A stretch of 63,922 nucleotides of DNA, the filler included, from an uncultured Rhodopirellula sp. (GTDB taxonomy: Bacteria; Planctomycetota; Planctomycetia; Pirellulales; Pirellulaceae), in assembly GCA_964007735.1 (NCBI GenBank). It is 4 parts of 4 records of this genome, joined end to end, with 100 filler letters (N's around TTAATTAATTAA, not from the genome) between each part and the next. Parts side by side here need not be neighbours in the genome. Positions count along the whole stretch, not along the records: positions 58,879 to 63,922 come from CAXGAI010000109.1; 3 more parts are not named here. The stretch is one strand, 5' to 3'. How positions within the stretch are numbered: the first letter of the stretch is position 1; every line of letters begins with the position of its first letter. The notes under the pieces are model-generated. The model searched no databases and had not been told where the DNA came from. It was given only the letters and a program-made list of their open reading frames with translations. Shown piece after piece: positions 61,214-63,922 of the stretch. The position numbers were made by a program, and so were the translations under genes.

Positions 61214-63801
61214 TATTTTTTCTCCAGGGTGACGCGTTTCAGCAATATGGAGTTTCCGATAACCGTCAGAGAGCTGGCCGTCATCGCAATCACACCAATC
61301 ATTGGATGAAGTAATCCCAGTGCAGCAACGGGAATAGCCGAGAGGTTATAAACCCAAGCCCAAAAGAGGTTTTCTATAATCTTTCTAAAGGTTGCCTTGG
61401 AGAGGAGAATGGCTTCTACAAACTTTGTCAACTCGCCTTTAACCAACGTGACATCCGCTGCCTCTATAGCGACGTCGGCACCCGCACCAATAGCCACCCC
61501 CACATTGGCTTGTTTTAAAGCCGGTGCGTCATTAATGCCATCGCCGACCATTGCGACTTTGTTGTCGTATTTCTCTTGTAACTTTTGGATCGCTTCAACT
61601 TTTCCTTCAGGCAACACACCAGCAAGCACCTCATCGATGCCAACCAGATTTGCGACGTAGTTTGCCGTTCGCTCATTGTCGCCGGTCACCATCGCCACAT
61701 GTATTCCTAATTCATGTAACGCTTTTATCGCTTCACGAGAATCCGCCTTAATCGTATCTGCAACCGCCACAACACCAGCAGCCTGATGGTCAATAGCGAC
61801 CAACATAGCTGTCTTTCCTTCGGTTTCCAATTGTGTGAGCTGGCGATCCAAGTCGCCTAATTCGATGTCCAGCTCACCCAACAGACGTCGACTGCCGATA
61901 TAGACTTCACGCCCCTCTACGACACCCTGAACGCCTCGCGCTGTTATCGCTTTAAACTGTTCGACCTCGGGAATCGTAATATTTTTCTCTCTCGCACCCT
62001 GCACAATTGCTTGCCCAAGCGGATGTTCGGAACCCGCTTCAGCTGAGGCCGCCACTTGGAGTACTAAAGACTCATCAAAACCGTTGGCTGCGATGACATC
62101 GGTGAGTGCAGGCTTCCCTTGCGTGATCGTTCCGGTTTTATCCAGCACGACCATTTTTATATCCTTGAGAGTTTGAATGGCTTCGCCCGAACGAATCAGC
62201 ACCCCCCGCTCAGCACCTAAGCCGGAGCCGACCATAATGGCTGTTGGAGTCGCAAGCCCAAGAGCACAGGGACAGGCAATAACCAGCACGGCTACCGCCG
62301 CCAATATTGCAGCAAGCAACGGGGAAAGATCAGGATCAACCCAGGGTAAAAACTCCGCCCCCCACACCAGAATCGGCCGTAACTCATTGGCAAAAAGCAG
62401 CCAGATAAGGAAACTAGCCACGGCAATTACAATGACCGCTGGAACAAATTTAGCCGTTACCCTGTCTGCAAACTCCTGAATGGGCACCTTGGAACCCTGT
62501 GCTTCCTCCACCAATTTAATCACCTGCGATAAAAACGTGTCTGCACCAATCTTGGTAGCACGTACTTTTAGCAGTCCTTCTTTGTTGATCGTTGCCCCAA
62601 TCACGGCATCCCCCGGATTTTTTTCAACCGGCACCGACTCTCCAGTCGCAATGGACTCATCCAGATGACTACTCCCATCCATGATCTCTCCATCAGTAGG
62701 CACTTTCGCTCCGGGACGGATCAACATAACATCGCCTATCACCAAGTCCGCCACCGGAATCTCAACTTCCTCATTGTCGCGGATGATGGTGGCCGTTTTA
62801 GCACCTAAAGTCAGTAGGCGCTTGATGGCTTGAGAGGCACGTCCCTTCGCTCGTGTTTCCAAGTATTTTCCGAGCATATGAAAGGTCATAATAGTGGCCG
62901 CCATTTCGATAAATGACGTCATGGGATAGATAAAGCCAATCAAGCCGATCAGGTATGGAGGCAAGCTACCCAGTGAAATCAGTACATCCATGTTGGCTGT
63001 ACGGTTTGTCAACGAGCGCCAGGCCGATCGGTGTGTCGCCATACCGCCATGCAAAAAAACGACCGGAAACCCGAGTATTGCTACGATAAGCAGATAGCCG
63101 GGGATGGGGTGCCAAAACATCTCCGGGATCATCAGCAACATGATTAAGGTGGTAGGAACCGCAGCAAACCATAAGCGTCGCCACGCCTGTTTCAAATAGC
63201 GTTCTTCGGCGTTGATCTCCTGCTCGGAGTCGCCTGTTCGAGTTTGAACTCCAGCCACTTCATAACCCGCTTTCTCAACCGCTTGTTTAATAGTGTCAGC
63301 ACTCACCACACTCGGCTGATAAGTCACCGTAACGCGATGAATGGCTATATTGGTTATCACATTACTAATTCCAGCGAGACGCTGAATAGAAGTAGTCACA
63401 AGACCAGCACAGTGATCACTCCCCATACCTGGCACGGTAAGAAACATTTCTGCTTCATCAGCCGCCTGCATTGAATCTACGTCGTAACCGGCCTTCTCCA
63501 CCGCCTTTTTTATGTTTTGATCAGTGAGCCTGGCCTGATCAAAAACTACTTCAACACGATGCGTCGCGATATTTGTTTGGATTTCTTCAACGCCGTCAAG
63601 CCGCTTAAGCGAGGTCTTCACCAGCCCCGCGCAATGGTCACTTCCCATACCTGGCACAATGATATAAATTTTTCTCAGTAGCTTAGTGGGCAGCGCATTG
63701 GCATTGTCAGACATATCACTTGGTGAACGTTCTTCTGGCTGAGCGTTAGCCCCGTGTGATTTTTTTTCAACATTCTGTGTATGGATTTTATCGCTCATCA
63801 T
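61213..63801 (-). CDS. copA: copper-translocating P1B-1 ATPase with two HMA domains
   Basis: TGES, CPCALGLATP, DKTGT, SEHP, GDGINDAP, YN and MTASS Cu+ motifs. Start uncertain. Confidence 0.93.
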   Translation of the reverse strand: MMSDKIHTQNVEKKSHGANAQPEERSPSDMSDNANALPTKLLRKIYIIVPGMGSDHCAGLVKTSLKRLDGVEEIQTNIATHRVEVVFDQARLTDQNIKKAVEKAGYDVDSMQAADEAEMFLTVPGMGSDHCAGLVTTSIQRLAGISNVITNIAIHRVTVTYQPSVVSADTIKQAVEKAGYEVAGVQTRTGDSEQEINAEERYLKQAWRRLWFAAVPTTLIMLLMIPEMFWHPIPGYLLIVAILGFPVVFLHGGMATHRSAWRSLTNRTANMDVLISLGSLPPYLIGLIGFIYPMTSFIEMAATIMTFHMLGKYLETRAKGRASQAIKRLLTLGAKTATIIRDNEEVEIPVADLVIGDVMLIRPGAKVPTDGEIMDGSSHLDESIATGESVPVEKNPGDAVIGATINKEGLLKVRATKIGADTFLSQVIKLVEEAQGSKVPIQEFADRVTAKFVPAVIVIAVASFLIWLLFANELRPILVWGAEFLPWVDPDLSPLLAAILAAVAVLVIACPCALGLATPTAIMVGSGLGAERGVLIRSGEAIQTLKDIKMVVLDKTGTITQGKPALTDVIAANGFDESLVLQVAASAEAGSEHPLGQAIVQGAREKNITIPEVEQFKAITARGVQGVVEGREVYIGSRRLLGELDIELGDLDRQLTQLETEGKTAMLVAIDHQAAGVVAVADTIKADSREAIKALHELGIHVAMVTGDNERTANYVANLVGIDEVLAGVLPEGKVEAIQKLQEKYDNKVAMVGDGINDAPALKQANVGVAIGAGADVAIEAADVTLVKGELTKFVEAILLSKATFRKIIENLFWAWVYNLSAIPVAALGLLHPMIGVIAMTASSLTVIGNSILLKRVTLEKK

Positions 63802-63922
63802 CGAAACATTCTCTTGAACGTGGAATCTCAAGAAAGTCAAATGAAATACAGTTGTCGTTACCGAAAATGCGATGGTGCCGTAGAAAACGTAAATGCGTTT
63901 GCCCCTGCCTGAAATCAGCTGA

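Noticed and set aside
1..63922. CRISPR arrays, transposases, integrases, rRNA, intact tRNA
   Set aside because: No repeat-spacer periodicity or recognisable motifs seen. The many short antisense ORFs in the track are shadows of real genes.

Overview
This window is not one locus. It is four assembly contigs joined by artificial 100-nt linkers (44 N + TTAATTAATTAA + 44 N at 21444-21543, 40140-40239 and 58779-58878), so gene neighbourhoods must not be read across them. Contigs 1-3 look like a planctomycete (Pirellulales-like) genome bin, judged from DUF1552/DUF1592, two DUF1501, DUF1080 and formylmethanofuran-dehydrogenase genes. Contig 1 (1-21443) has a DUF1552-DUF1592 pair between tRNA remnants, htrA, dksA, a nucleoside hydrolase, trpD-MFS-dehydrogenase, a lidless Hsp70, two moeA paralogues, and fwdD-B-A-C interleaved with antisense dinB-family and mobA genes. 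Contig 2 (21544-40139) has a TPR-ExbB-ExbD-ExbD-hyp-DUF4159-TPR operon, mnmG, a two-component pair, a DapA-family aldolase with a microcompartment encapsulation-peptide-like tail, GT-C/phosphorylase/ispH and a DUF1080 lipoprotein. Contig 3 (40240-58778) has nrdAB (NrdB with a class Ic-like Glu) behind a ~1.25 kb hairpin-rich region with NrdR boxes, then lipid and sugar genes. It ends in a probable chimeric join to a high-GC eukaryotic THOC2 fragment. Contig 4 (58879-63922) resembles a gammaproteobacterial copper-resistance cluster, probably mis-binned. The best candidates for new biology are the EP-tailed aldolase, the cofactor-intact and interleaved fwd cluster, the TonB-less ExbBD-TPR-DUF4159 machine, and the class Ic-like RNR with its long structured upstream region. 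All calls come from reading motifs by eye; no searches were run.
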